Shown here: positions 1 through 11,684 of the stretch, in pieces
Layout of the letters: each line of letters opens with the position of its first letter
How positions within the stretch are numbered: position 1 is the stretch's first letter
NCBI GenBank assembly: GCA_020184695.1
Contig: JAANOX010000058.1
Coordinates: 1-30,345, forward strand
DNA from: Histomonas meleagridis 2922-C6/04-290x
Taxonomy: Eukaryota; Protista; Parabasalia
Reading direction: 5' to 3'
DNA: 30,345 bases
The notes under the pieces: model-generated
The model's database searches: none
What the model saw: only the letters and a program-made list of their open reading frames with translations
What the model was told of the DNA's origin: nothing
Position numbers and translations under genes: made by a program

Positions 1-2
1 AC

Positions 3-494
3 CATCCAAATACGATAAAAAGTAGGAGTAATAGAAATAGGTCTCCAAGAATGAGGATTTTGAGCATCACCTTTTTTGTATAACATAATTGTTTTACTTA
101 ATTTAAATAATTCAGGACATTTTTTAGTTAACATAGTAATTTTAGTAGTAATTTTAATTAATTTAATAGTAGTAGTATCTCCTAATTTCCAAATATAATT
201 AGAAATACCATCGGGACCATAAGCAGCCGCATTAGATCTAGAAAAAATTGCATGTTTAATATTATCATCATCAAAAATATAATTTAATAATAATTCATTA
301 CTATTAGGGTTAATAATATCTTTAAAATCAAATTCCTGGGAGTCATTAATAAATTTTTCTTGACTCCAATTATTACCATATTCCATCATAAAATCTTCAG
401 GATTTAAGTTACATTCAGGAGTCGTATTATTAGTGATAAACCAACGTAAACATCTACTAGGATCTTCCATGTAAAGATTTTGTACTAAACCTTT
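3..494 (-). pseudogene. N-terminal part of the non-LTR reverse transcriptase domain (open at the window edge, so absent from the ORF track)
   Basis: Manual translation: KGLVQNLYMEDPSRCLRWF...SRSNAAAYGPDGISNYIWK...CPELFKLSKTIMLYKKGDAQNPHSWRPISITPTFYRIWM. GPDG, LYKKGD and WRPISI are hallmark non-LTR RT motifs. Confidence 0.9.
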
Positions 495-2415
495 ATAGTT
501 TATGATATAAATCTTTAAATTTGTTTAACCAAAACGTAATTTTACATAAATTATGTGTCTCCATTTCTTTGTTACGAAGATCTAATCTATCTTCTGTGCT
601 AGTGACTACTGTGTTCCTTCTGTTTAACATTTTATTCAACGGAATTTTTAAAATATCTCTTAATTCATCACGAATTAACATATTAATTTTAGAAAGGCAA
701 CCTTCCCAAATATAAAAATCTTCATCATTACAATTATTATAATCTTGAGGTTTGCAAATTTCTATTAAAGGTTCGATTTTATATTTAAATAAAATCTGGT
801 CATTTAGTTCTCTTTTTAAATTTATTTTTACCCCAAGTTTTAGGTAATGATATAAATTGAGATTCTTGTTCTTGCTTATCAGAAGTCCATTTTCTAGCTA
901 AAATTAATAATTGGTCTCTATTTAAATTTTTAATTTTATTTTAATAATATTCTTTATTAATTAAATTTAAATTTACTGGGGGATGTATTTGATCTGGAGG
1001 GGAGTTAAATTTAATGTTCTGGAATTTTGAATTGATTGTAATTGTAAATATCTATTTAAATTAATACGGTCATTTTTCTTCTCTTCTTTGTCTTTGTTCC
1101 ATAGCATTTGTTTGTTCATTATTTAAAATGAAAGGAATTTCTCTGACCGCTAATCTTTCTCTTTCTGTGATTGTTCTACTCATAAACACTTTATCTTCAT
1201 AATCTTTGATATCTTTTTTAATTACTTCTAATTCTGTTTCATTAAAATTTAAATACATTAAAGGACAACATTTAATTCTATAATAAGGTAAATTTGTACC
1301 TTCAATAGTATTTAATGCATGATTCTTTTTACAATGATTATGTAAACCTTTAGAATCAGAAGTCCAATATGTTTCACAATATTTACAAACAAAACCTTCT
1401 TTAAGTTTAATTATATCTAAACATGAAGGAATTTTTGTCGTAAGTATTAACATATTGTAACATTGTAGACCAAAACCAACCAATAGAATTCTTCATTTTT
1501 CTCAAAAATCTTTATGAGAATAAGTAATATGAGAGATAAGGGATTTATTTGTATTTGAAAAAAATATTTACAATTAGGTATTGGACAAACGTAAACATTA
1601 TTTCGATAACACTCAGGTTTATCTTCTTCATAAATTAATTTCCAATATAAATCATTATTGATTAAATATTTAATGCAACCATATAAATGATTTTGATCAG
1701 GTTTATGATTATGAACTTTAGTCATATGACTAATCAAATCATTACCTGATTTAGTTAATTTATAACATTCACATTGACAAGGGAATTGACCTGGTGCACA
1801 CCATTTATTTTCTCTAATCATAATATGAATTAATGGTTGTTTAGCTAAATTGATATCTTCATGTTTCCAACAATTTAAGTTATTTAAATTCTTCCATTTA
1901 TTAATAAAATCTTTAATATCATCAGGTAATCTACAAAGTTTTAAGTCACTAATTAATTTATTATAAATAATATCATCTGGTAATAAATCACTAATATCAT
2001 CAATTCCGGAATCTGAATCATCTGAACCCTCTGAATCAGAAGGATCAGGAAAAGAAGGATTATTTGATGGATCATTATTTGAAGTATCAGTAGAAGTAAT
2101 ATGATTAACATTATCATCTGAATAAGTATCTGAAGCCTTGTAATATGAATCATCTGAAGAAAAAGTAGATAAATTAGTAATTTTTAAAAATTTTGGAACA
2201 CTAATATAATTAAATTCCAAAATTGGGACTATAACATCTATTGTTTTAGTTTCTTTGATAATATTGATTTTCATTTGAGGAATTTCAGCATCATAAGTTA
2301 AATCCACTTCATTAACAGTAACTTTCAAACTTTCAACATTAGCTACTGAAGTTTTACAACCTTCAATAACTTTGATATCATGAGAAAGAACAGTTGGGGT
2401 TGAAGTAACGTTTTG

Positions 2416-2685
2416 ATACTCTGGTATAACAACATGACTTTCAGATATAGGATTTGAAGTTTTAGTTGTATATACAGGTTCATTAGTATGACTTTCTACC
2501 AAAGGTTTAGAAGTTTTAGTTATATTAATTGGTTCAACTTTATGTTCTTCATTTATTGGATTAGAAATTATAGTTTTATTTAATGGTTCAACTTTGTGTT
2601 CTTCATTAATTGGTTCAGAAATTATAGTTTTGTTAATAGGTATTACTTTATGTTCTTTATTAATCGGGTTGGAAGTAATAGTATT
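2416..2685 (-). repeat. Five degenerate 54-bp (18-aa) coding tandem repeats inside the retrotransposon ORF
   Basis: ggttcaacttt(a/g)tgttcttcatt recurs at 2531 and 2585. Units: NTITSNPINKEHKVIPIN / KTIISEPINEEHKVEPLN / KTIISNPINEEHKVEPIN / ITKTSKPLVESHTNEPVY / TTKTSNPISESHVVIPEY. Confidence 0.85.
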
Positions 2686-3840
2686 AATAATTGGTTTATT
2701 TATTAAGTTATCTACTTGAGCATCTTCTGTTATAATGTTATTAACTTTGCTGATATGTAATTTATCAATTCTAGGACTAGCAGTTAAAATGTTTCTCTTA
2801 GGTATAACTTCTAATGAATCTGATTCAGTTGTGATATTTCCGGGATTAAAGGATGGAGTAACTTGAAAAATCTTGAGAATCAGAATTTATTGTTGGATAT
2901 TCAAGTTCGGGTTCAAATGAAGGTTCTTCTGATTCCAAATCATAAGTAAGAGCCTGAGCATGAATATCTTCTGTTTCCTTCAACAAATGGTGAATTAGTA
3001 AAATTTAAAAGTTGCATTATTTTGATTAATTGATCTGTTATCTTGACCAAATGCAATAAAACCAATTTTGGTATTGTTTTGAACTGGTGAACATGAGTTT
3101 ATAAAGTTTTTCGAAAAATCATAATTGCAATTAATTTGTAATAAATTCCAAGTATTATTAGAAGAATTAATATTTATCTGTTGTTGATTAAGAATATTAT
3201 ACACAATGATCTGAGCTTCATTCCTAATGTGAGAAATCTGTTCATCATTCCAAAATAATCTAAACGGGGATTCTCTAAGTCTGTTTGGTCCTATAATAGG
3301 ACGTAAATCGAGTAGACCTCTGTCAAATTCCTCTATCGTTGTAGGAATGGGAGGATTGTGGGTATTAATTCTTAATATATCATGTTGAATAATAGCTTGT
3401 CCTCGTGCTAGAATAGCCCCATTCGAGTCATTACATTGTATAGGTAAAAATCTGAGAATATTAATATCTGATGAAATAATCACCCAATTTGGTGGTGGAG
3501 GTAATGGTGTTCCTTCTGGGCTTGTTGGTGTTGGGTGGTAATGACGACCTCGTATTAATAAAATTTCTTGTTGAAATGGAAGTTCTTGATTAATCTCAAG
3601 AACAAAATCTTCATCATTTTCTTTTTGTTCGAGGTCTGGGGCTTCCTCTTCAATAATCGGTTCTATCCTGTGGTCTTGTGCCGTTTTTTCATGAGTAGTG
3701 TCGGATTTTTCCGCAATATATTTATCTGATAATTTTTCCGACCGAACAAAACTGGTATCAATCGAGTGCCCTGGGGAGTTATTTCCGAAAATCGAGTTCT
3801 CGGACGCAAAAAATCAATATTCATGAAAAATCAAAAAAAT

Positions 3841-3914
3841 CTCCTCCCGTGTGGCTCGAACACACGACTTCCAGATTAACAGTCTGACACTCTAACCAAC
3901 TGAGTTAGGGAGGA
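3841..3914 (-). tRNA. tRNA-Asn (anticodon GTT)
   Basis: Cloverleaf: acceptor TCCTCCC/GGGAGGA with discriminator G, D arm ACTC/GAGT, anticodon arm TCAGA-CTGTTAA-TCTGG, T arm GTGTG-TTCGAGC-CACAC. A T7 Pol III terminator follows. Confidence 0.95.
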
Positions 3915-4073
3915 AGCCTGATTTAGTTTAGAAGTATATGATAACTTGTCAAAAACTACAACAAATGGTATATCATTTCGAAGTGGTACCATATATTATA
4001 ATTGAATATCTGTTTATTTTTACTATGTTTGTTTTTATATTCAATCATATAATCTACAGTTTCCAACAACTGT

Positions 4074-5560
4074 CTAACTCTTAAGCAAAACGTTCCTCAC
4101 CACAGGAATATTTGATGAAGATATCGGGATCATTATTAAAAAAAAACTACTGTTTGGTTTGATGCTTGCATGCAAATATTGATTGATATTCATCAGATAA
4201 ATAATCTTCTGAAACTTGATCAAGCAAAATACGAAATTGTTCTTGATCTGGATCATTTTGCCGCATTAATTGAATCAAATGTATTAATGTGAAACCTTCA
4301 AATCCAGCAATATGCATAAATTGTTCTACAAATTCAGCCATATCATCATGTGCATTGGTTACAGCATAAACTTGATAAGGATCACCAAAAAATATGACAG
4401 TTTTAACTGCAAAAAATATTTGAATGTGATTTCCTGTTTAACCACATAATTTAATTAATCTCTTTGATGCAGCATTAAAAACAGATCTATCCATCTTTGA
4501 AGCAGTTGTAATTAAATTATATAAATTGACAATGCAGAATTTTTGAATTAAATTAATTAAATAACTTTTTCCTGTACCTGCTTTGCCATAAATAAAGGAT
4601 GTTGAATCATTACCATCACTATCAATAATTGCTTCTTCAATTTTTGTAAATGCTATCAATTGTTCATCATTTAATTTGTAAATATTCTCATTTGATGAAT
4701 TTTCTGTAATTGCGCGATATTCGTCAGTATAATTTTAACAGATTAATTCCAGAATATCATCTGAAATTTCTTCAATAGAATTTGTTTGAGTATTTTCTGG
4801 ATTAATCGTATTAAAATGATTTAAACACTGACGAATTTGTGTTAATCTCTGTAATAAAGGAATTTGTAATAAATAATGGTAAGTGATGAATGCCGCGTGA
4901 GCATATGTTTAAGCGAACACTGCATTTCCTACTGATAAATTTACTTCATATGCAGATTCTGGTTTCATATTATATTTGAGAACATAGTGTACAGTTGAAA
5001 AAATCTTATCTGGATTTTCTACTGTCTTTAAGAACATTAGATGAAAATGACCTATCCACAACAATAATGAAAGTGGATTATATTCCACCTCTCGCTTTTC
5101 ATTTTCGTTTATCCTCAAATGATATTAACCATTTGAATCAAGAACTGTTTCGTCACATACAGGTTTGGGAAAACCCTATTTGCAATAAGGATGTTGTGGA
5201 TTTTTGAAACGTTCTGTTGGAATGCAAGAATGTATCATATTTCCAGTGACGTATTGATTCAATATTGGTGAAAAACCAATATTCGGGATATGCGCACTTA
5301 ATAAATTATCAATTTGATCAATTTATCATGAGTTTTTCAACCATAGTAGTACATGTGCATGTGGTGCCCCTCTTAATTGAGATTCAAGTCTTTACACATA
5401 TGTACTACATTTTCTAGGCTCAAATATTGGCAAATTGGTTTAAATTTATATACTGCCAATTTTTTATTATGTACATCCCAAACTTTCATCACATCAAATG
5501 GAGTATATTTAATGAACATTTCATTTTTATCGATAAATTTGAAAAAAATTGAAAAATGAG
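4074..5560 (-). mobile_element. Degraded, internally deleted Helitron RepHel (HUH replication initiator plus PIF1-type helicase)
   Basis: Rep HUH motif RLESQLRGAPHAHVLLW (5341-5391), then IDNLLSAHIP..MIHSC..FPKP, YNPLSLL and HYVLKYNMKPE. Helicase Walker A GKAGTGKS, plus FGDPYQ and LMRQNDPD motifs. Many stops and frameshifts. Confidence 0.85.
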
Positions 5561-5563
5561 TGA

Positions 5564-5593
5564 GATACTACAGTTGGGGTGGAACACCCTATA
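5564..5593 (-). repeat. Orphan Tc1/mariner-type terminal repeat
   Basis: Minus strand reads TATAGGGTGTTCCACCCCAACTGTAGTATC, resembling the mariner end at 25563 (TATAGGGTGTCCGGTTAAATTTTAGTATC). Confidence 0.5.
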
Positions 5594-6419
5594 TAAATAA
5601 TATAAAAATTGATTAAGTCATTTTTTTATAAATGACTGAGGAGCTTTCCTAGCTCATTCCTTTTTATGGCATTTGCGTGAGAGTGGCGGACGTCCCCTAG
5701 TTTTTTCTTCATCGTCTTTCGGTCTTGGAAACATTTCGGACGGAGACATTAATTCTTCTTGATCAGAATCAATGAAGCATTGCCTCAATTCTTCATAGGG
5801 TACTGCAGGAAACTTTTTCACTCGTCTATCTTTGCTCATTAGTTTGAAGACATAGTCGAAACCTAAACAGAACTCTAGCCTTCATTATGCTGAATACTTT
5901 TTTACTTCTTTCTCATAACTAATAATATATGCTTTAACGAGGTAAAATATTTTGTTTCCACTTTCAACAGTACTACTTTGGCTTCCACCGGGGGGCACTA
6001 TGTCCAAATTATCCCATTGTGCCACGTTACCAAAAACACAAACTGGACTTATGTTATTCTCAGATATTATGGTTGATTTGCTGGATACCTTTCGTTCACC
6101 CTCGTTCTCGATGCAATCATTCCTTTGCATGTTATCCAGTGAAGTCAATTGAATGCATACAATTTTGATATAATCTTACATGGCCAGGCTTTGATAGATA
6201 TAAAATAAAAACCATTTATTTTTCAAAGTTACGCTTAAAAACCGTTAAGCATTTCGGTACTTTTCACTTTTTGAATGACGATAGAACTGTATATTCAAAA
6301 GCAAAAAAATTCAGAATAACGATACAAAATAACGATTGCACTTTATATTTATTTATAATAGTTGTTAACGTCTCATTTTTCATATGTGGTCTCGGGAACT
6401 TTTCGACATAAGTGATAGT

Positions 6420-8152
6420 TTAATTAGGATTTAATTTAAATTTAGTAGTACCTAATAATAAATTAAATTCGATTTCATTATCATCATATAAAGAACGATA
6501 CAATTTCATGATACCATCATCATAATCAAGATTCGCATGGATATATCTAGTATCAGTAGGTATACCTATTGCCATATTCATAAAACTCATACCACCATCA
6601 TTATATAATAGTTTATCGATATAGGTTTTCTTCATGATGAAGTAGCTTTCAACTGCGCAGTTGAAATCGCTTCTATCATCATCACTAGTAAAATCGAAAT
6701 GAAATTGCCCTAAATTATTACCTATTAATTTTCTATTATATTTAGCCTCGAAGGCTGTTTCTAATTTAGGTAAATCCGATTTTACTATATGCATTCAGTC
6801 TGTATCTCGATAAAAGATTTTACAGCCAATGTCATATGCTAAGCACATCACTTCGTTCATGATTCTTTTTGACATGCTTAATACTTGAACGCCTAATAAT
6901 GATAAGTTAAAATGCTTATCTATAGGACGTTTTATATTGAAGGATTCTATATCAGAATCTTCAATTTTTATGCGTTCAATTATACGGAAGTGATTTTTAG
7001 AGGCGTAGTTATCAGCTTCATCGCCTTTCTTTAAATACTTCCATTCTTTGTTGATAGGCTTTTCTATCGTTTTGCCGTAGCAGCTATTCATAATTAATTT
7101 ATATATTTGTTGGAGAGGGTTATTTTGTCGTTTATATTCCACCCGTTTTTGGAATATTTCTTTGATTACATTTTGAATGGTGGGATCATAACCCTCATCC
7201 CAATAATAGCCTCTCACTATTTGGAATCGTATATTATGATATACTATAAGATCTTCCAAGGCTATATTGTCGACGACCATAGTGACTGGATTTTCTTCAC
7301 TTATGTTATTGTCGACATTAAGGTTTAAACCATTAATCTTTTGAAGTTTAAGTAATTTAAATTTAATTGATCTTCTTGAATAACTTTCGGTGGACCGTTA
7401 ATAACACTTATACGAGCCATAGCGGAGGGATATAATGATACGGCGTCAAAGTCACATAATTCTTCTTTGACATGCCACTTTTTGTTGTATGCAGTCATGC
7501 ATCGACCTCCATAAACTGCTCTTGATAAAAAGTGTCTAACGTGACCACCTACTTGAAATAAATTTTGATTAACTGAATAAACTTTGTTTGTAAATACAGC
7601 ATTGGCTAAAGAAGAAATAGATAAATAATTAAAAGGTGAAATATTAAATGATTGTTGAAAACCAATGCAGAATCTGTTAAACCCTTCCCGTAATATAGTA
7701 ACGTCTTGACGACAATAAAATATCGCATATTCCCACATGTTAAAAGTGGCTTCATCTATGCGACAATTAGGGATGTTATTGATATTCGTAAAGAATTCAA
7801 CATATTTGTCTTCATCCCATGGTTTGTCTTTGTAAATACCTGCTTCATCGATTAACCCTACCCCAGATTTTAATCGTTCTAAGGTGTAATGACGGTAGGG
7901 GAATAATTCTTTTTCGATTCCTTCAATACCAAACATTGAAGGTAATAATTTAAGTTTGCAGGTAAGAATTGGTAAAGTATCTTCGAAATAAATTAATTTG
8001 TTATTGAATTGAACGTCCATTGATAATACTTTTGTACCCTTAATTGTGGATCTTATTATTCCAAATTTAGCAATAAATTTAGAATCATAAGCTAAATTAT
8101 GGAAATAACAAGTTGAGTTATTTGGTAAGTAATTTGATAATTTAAATCCACA
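6420..8152 (-). pseudogene. Maverick/Polinton protein-primed DNA polymerase B, C-terminal part, frameshifted and truncated upstream at the Tc1-like element
   Basis: Exonuclease motifs YFHNLAYD and YCRQDV; KELFPY; AVYGGRC; motif A DFDAVSLYPSAM; motif B KLIMNSCYGK; motif C FYRDTD(S) split by a frameshift at 6795. Second frameshift near 7330. Confidence 0.9.
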
Positions 8153-8204
8153 ATAAGGGCCTTTAAATAAACTTGTGAAAATAAATCGGCATTGAGGAAA
8201 CTCT

Positions 8205-9438
8205 ATGAATTTTTTGAATACAGACCGTTTATTATTAGGGATAAACAAGGTCGAGAACATAATCAACCTTCACAAACAAGGATTCAGCCAAAAACAAATA
8301 GCAGACATACTGCATGTTGGAACTCATCGAGTTGGTGATACAATTCGACAGTTTACTTCAACGAATGAAATTACAAAAGAATCAAAACGTGGAAGGCCTC
8401 AAGTAATAAATAATCAAATAAAAGAATATATCGAAATTAAAACACTTCAAGACGCATCATTAACATCAGTTAAATTATCACAACAAATAGAAGATATTTT
8501 TCATCAATCAATTTCATTACAATATGTCTCAAAAATTAGAAACGAAATGAGATTTCAGTATCGACCTCCTAAAACAGAACAGCTTTTAAACTAAGAACAG
8601 ATTAATGGAAGAAAAAAATTTTGCTCAAAAATGTTAACACAGACACAATTTTCGGATAAATTTGCCTTTTCGGACGAATGTAAATTATTTATTAGGTAAA
8701 GACAATCGATGGGTGTGGGTAAGAAAAAAAGATTATACTCCAAATTCAATATCAAGAAATGTAAAATTTCCCCAGTCAATTATGATTTTTGGGGTAATTT
8801 CATGTAACTATAAGAGCAAACTTGTAGTAATTCAAAAATCTGTGAAGAGTGAGTAGTTGCTCTGAGCAATATATAGAAAATATGATTAAATATGATTTCA
8901 TCAATGGGATGAATGAACTTCGTGAAAAATTAGATTGGGTGTACATGAAGGACGGAGCTAGGTGCCACACATCTGTTGATTCTATTGATTGGCTGGAGGA
9001 GCGACTCGATGTGATTACTGATTGGCCACCCAACTCCATCGACTTAAATCCCATAGAATTACTATGGGCAATAATGAAGCGTATTGTAGCTGAACAAATG
9101 CCGAGCACTGTAGAGGAGCTTAAAAAACTGCTTGAAAAAAGTTTGAATTAACTTGACATGGAATTAATTAACAAGCTTTGTTCGGGTTTCGTCGACCGTT
9201 TACGCCTCTGCTTGGAAATGGAGGGGCAGTCGATTTCAAGATTCTTAGGATTAGCGAGAGATTCAAAAGAGGCTATTCTAAAAACTATACGCGATGGAAA
9301 TTGATTTCCCAACATATAAACAAATAAGATCCGATTTCATGCAAAAATAGATGGTACACATGTGTAAAAAAGAAGCAGCCAGAAATACTGGAAAAAAAAT
9401 TAAAAAATTTATTGATGAAAAGGTACTCTCCAACCTAA
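8205..9438 (+). mobile_element. Tc1-like (IS630-Tc1-mariner) DD34E transposase pseudogene with a C-terminal Myb-like extension
   Basis: N-terminal HTH (GFSQKQIADILHVGTHRV), GRP and YRPPK. Catalytic FSDE, KDGA and WPPNSIDLNPIELLW with 34 residues between the second D and E. In-frame stop at 8592-8594 and several frameshifts. Confidence 0.9.
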
Positions 9439-11279
9439 TATCAGAATTTGAATACCTTGTTTTCAAAGAGTGAAAATGCCTTTCAATCATGCGTGATTTT
9501 TTGAATAGCATTGAAAAAATCGCATTCGAAATATTTTTGTGAGAAAATATTCTGTCTCAAAATTGATTTATATGTTTTACATTTTTCGCCATAAAAATTT
9601 CTAAAGATTTATAAAATGCCTTCCAACGGATATTACATTCATCCTTTATCATTATTCCTAAAACCCATTATAAAAAATAATAAAAACTTGTGAAAATTGC
9701 ATTGCACGTGATTAAAACGAAATGCTTTAAATCGTAAATTTTCTCCATTAAAATCTTTAACACTTGAATTGAAATAAATTAATTTTAGATAATCATTGGG
9801 ATTAGTTAGATGAAAATATAAATTATTCGTACAATAAATTTCACTTATAGAACCAATAGAATTATTAATATCATTTTCATATAATATTCAGTTGGTATAT
9901 ATTTCATAACAACCCCTCATATCATAACTTTAAGTTAATAAAAAATATTATTTTTTATATAAGTTGTATGTACTAATTTAACCGATTAAAGTAAACTAAT
10001 TCCTTTTTGGTGAAGAAAAAAAAATAAATTTAAATTTTGTTACTATAGTATATATGAAGTGTGCAAAAAGACCTGATCCTACCCTTTTTTTTGATGAATA
10101 AAAAAATATATATTAACTATATACTTTTATTTAAAGGAGTGGTCTTCTTGATTCCTAGTCACTTATTAAAGTATTTTTTTCTTTAGTACCAATCTAGTTA
10201 AAGCTCTTAAAAAGTAGCAATTCCAAACATAAAAGCAATTTCATTTTTTAAATCATATTATGAATTTTTCTCCATACTCTTTCAATTTTCCTTAAATATT
10301 TCGATAAATAAAATATTATACTAACTTTAATCTAATGAATAATATAAGTAAAAATTTCTTTTAATGTTATTATATTTAGATTTTTGAATTATATATTTTC
10401 AATATGAATGATACAGTTAAATCTATATCCCTTTATTTATTTCATATGGATCCATTTTTTATTTATTTATTTATTTTGATAATCAATATTTTCGAGAAAT
10501 TTTAATTTATTTTGATTAATTAAGTATTATATATTAAATTTGTATTTATGATTTAATCTGTATATCCATATCATTTATGTCTATTTCATAAAATAATTAA
10601 ACATTATTTTTTACATTGAAATTTCTAATATATTATCATTTTCATTTTAATACTTTGTTTCATAAATATATTAATAAAATTATATATAGAAAATATTTTT
10701 TACCCCCTACTATTATTAAAAATTTATATTTATACTAGAAAATAATTAATGAATTATAAAAATTGTAAATTTCAATATAAATTAAAGATTAAGAATTACA
10801 AAAAAGACATCTAAGAGTTACCTTTGAAATGTATTAATGTTGAACTATACTTTTTCTTAATCAATAAACAGATTTTAATAATGGAATTTTTACTGAATAT
10901 TGTTTATCATCAAAATTATTTATTAGTCTTTCATTGACATTTTTCTATTTAATTATATATATATATTGACCAATTTTAAATAATTTATCAAATATTGAGT
11001 AATGCATATTTTTTGATAAATCTCTGGAATATATATAAAGAAGGAAAACATTAGAACTTATGTTTGGTGAACATATATCGAGGAAGTCTAGAAACAAATC
11101 ATTAATAAAAAGGCAATAATTATTAATTTTTTTCTATGGCTTTTTTAACTTTTTTCTTATTATACTTTCATAAATGACTAAGCACATTCATATCGATTAT
11201 TAATAATTAAATGAATATTTTTGATTACCTTAAGGAATGGGAAAAATTCATACTTTCATGAATACTTTTATGGTGCATG

Positions 11280-11541
11280 CACCCATGGTCTACGCCATGG
11301 GTGGAAAAAAAATTTAGCATTGTAACTGAATATAATTTAATTTTTTGTTTCAGAATAAACAAAATTAAGTTATGTGTTGGCATATTTTGATTAAGGTACG
11401 CATAACATTCTAAAAAATGAGGAAAAAAAATACATGTAACATTCACTCGAATATAAACACAAGATATATATTGAAAAAGTCATTTTGTGTGACTCAGAAA
11501 AATGACTTTTTCAATGATCAAAATATGCCAACACATAACTT
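11280..11541. repeat. Cluster of inverted repeats: GC-rich hairpin, 25-bp IR pair and nested 17-bp hairpin (MITE-like or element end)
   Basis: cacccatgg/ccatgggtg (11280-11303). aagttatgtgttggcatattttgat (11367-11391) is the exact reverse complement of 11517-11541. attgaaaaagtcatttt (11470-11486) pairs with 11499-11515. Confidence 0.8.
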
Positions 11542-11684
11542 TTTAATTTTCGATTACTTCACTCTTTTTCGAAAAATAAATAAATAAACTATAACTGCAC
11601 TTGCATTAGTGATAAATTAAGCAAACTTCAATAATAACACATATATGGAATAAAAAAAATTCGTTTGAAATGATTTATTATTCA

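Larger units (their letters stand above)
1..3824 (-). mobile_element. Non-LTR retrotransposon, RLE class (R2/NeSL-like), 5' portion; frameshifted and running off the window edge
   Basis: Minus-strand segments join across frameshifts and stops into one polyprotein: N-terminal region (3824-2995), 18-aa repeats, a Ser/Asp-rich stretch, three C2H2-type zinc fingers (CQCEC..HMTKVH; CPIPNC..HITYSH after a -1 shift near 1560; CKYC..HCKKNH), then the RT N-terminus. Confidence 0.85.

Noticed and set aside
5654-6152. Short ORFs, one with an RGRP AT-hook-like motif
   Set aside because: No family-diagnostic motifs were recognised. It is probably another element fragment but cannot be assigned.
8153-8266. 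Apparent overlap of the polymerase ORF with the Tc1 transposase ORF
   Set aside because: The polymerase frame just reads into the antisense strand of the adjacent element; polymerase similarity ends near 8152.
9780-11220. Possible pseudogene in the extremely AT-rich stretch
   Set aside because: Only short broken frames with no recognisable motif; there is no continuation of the Maverick polymerase.
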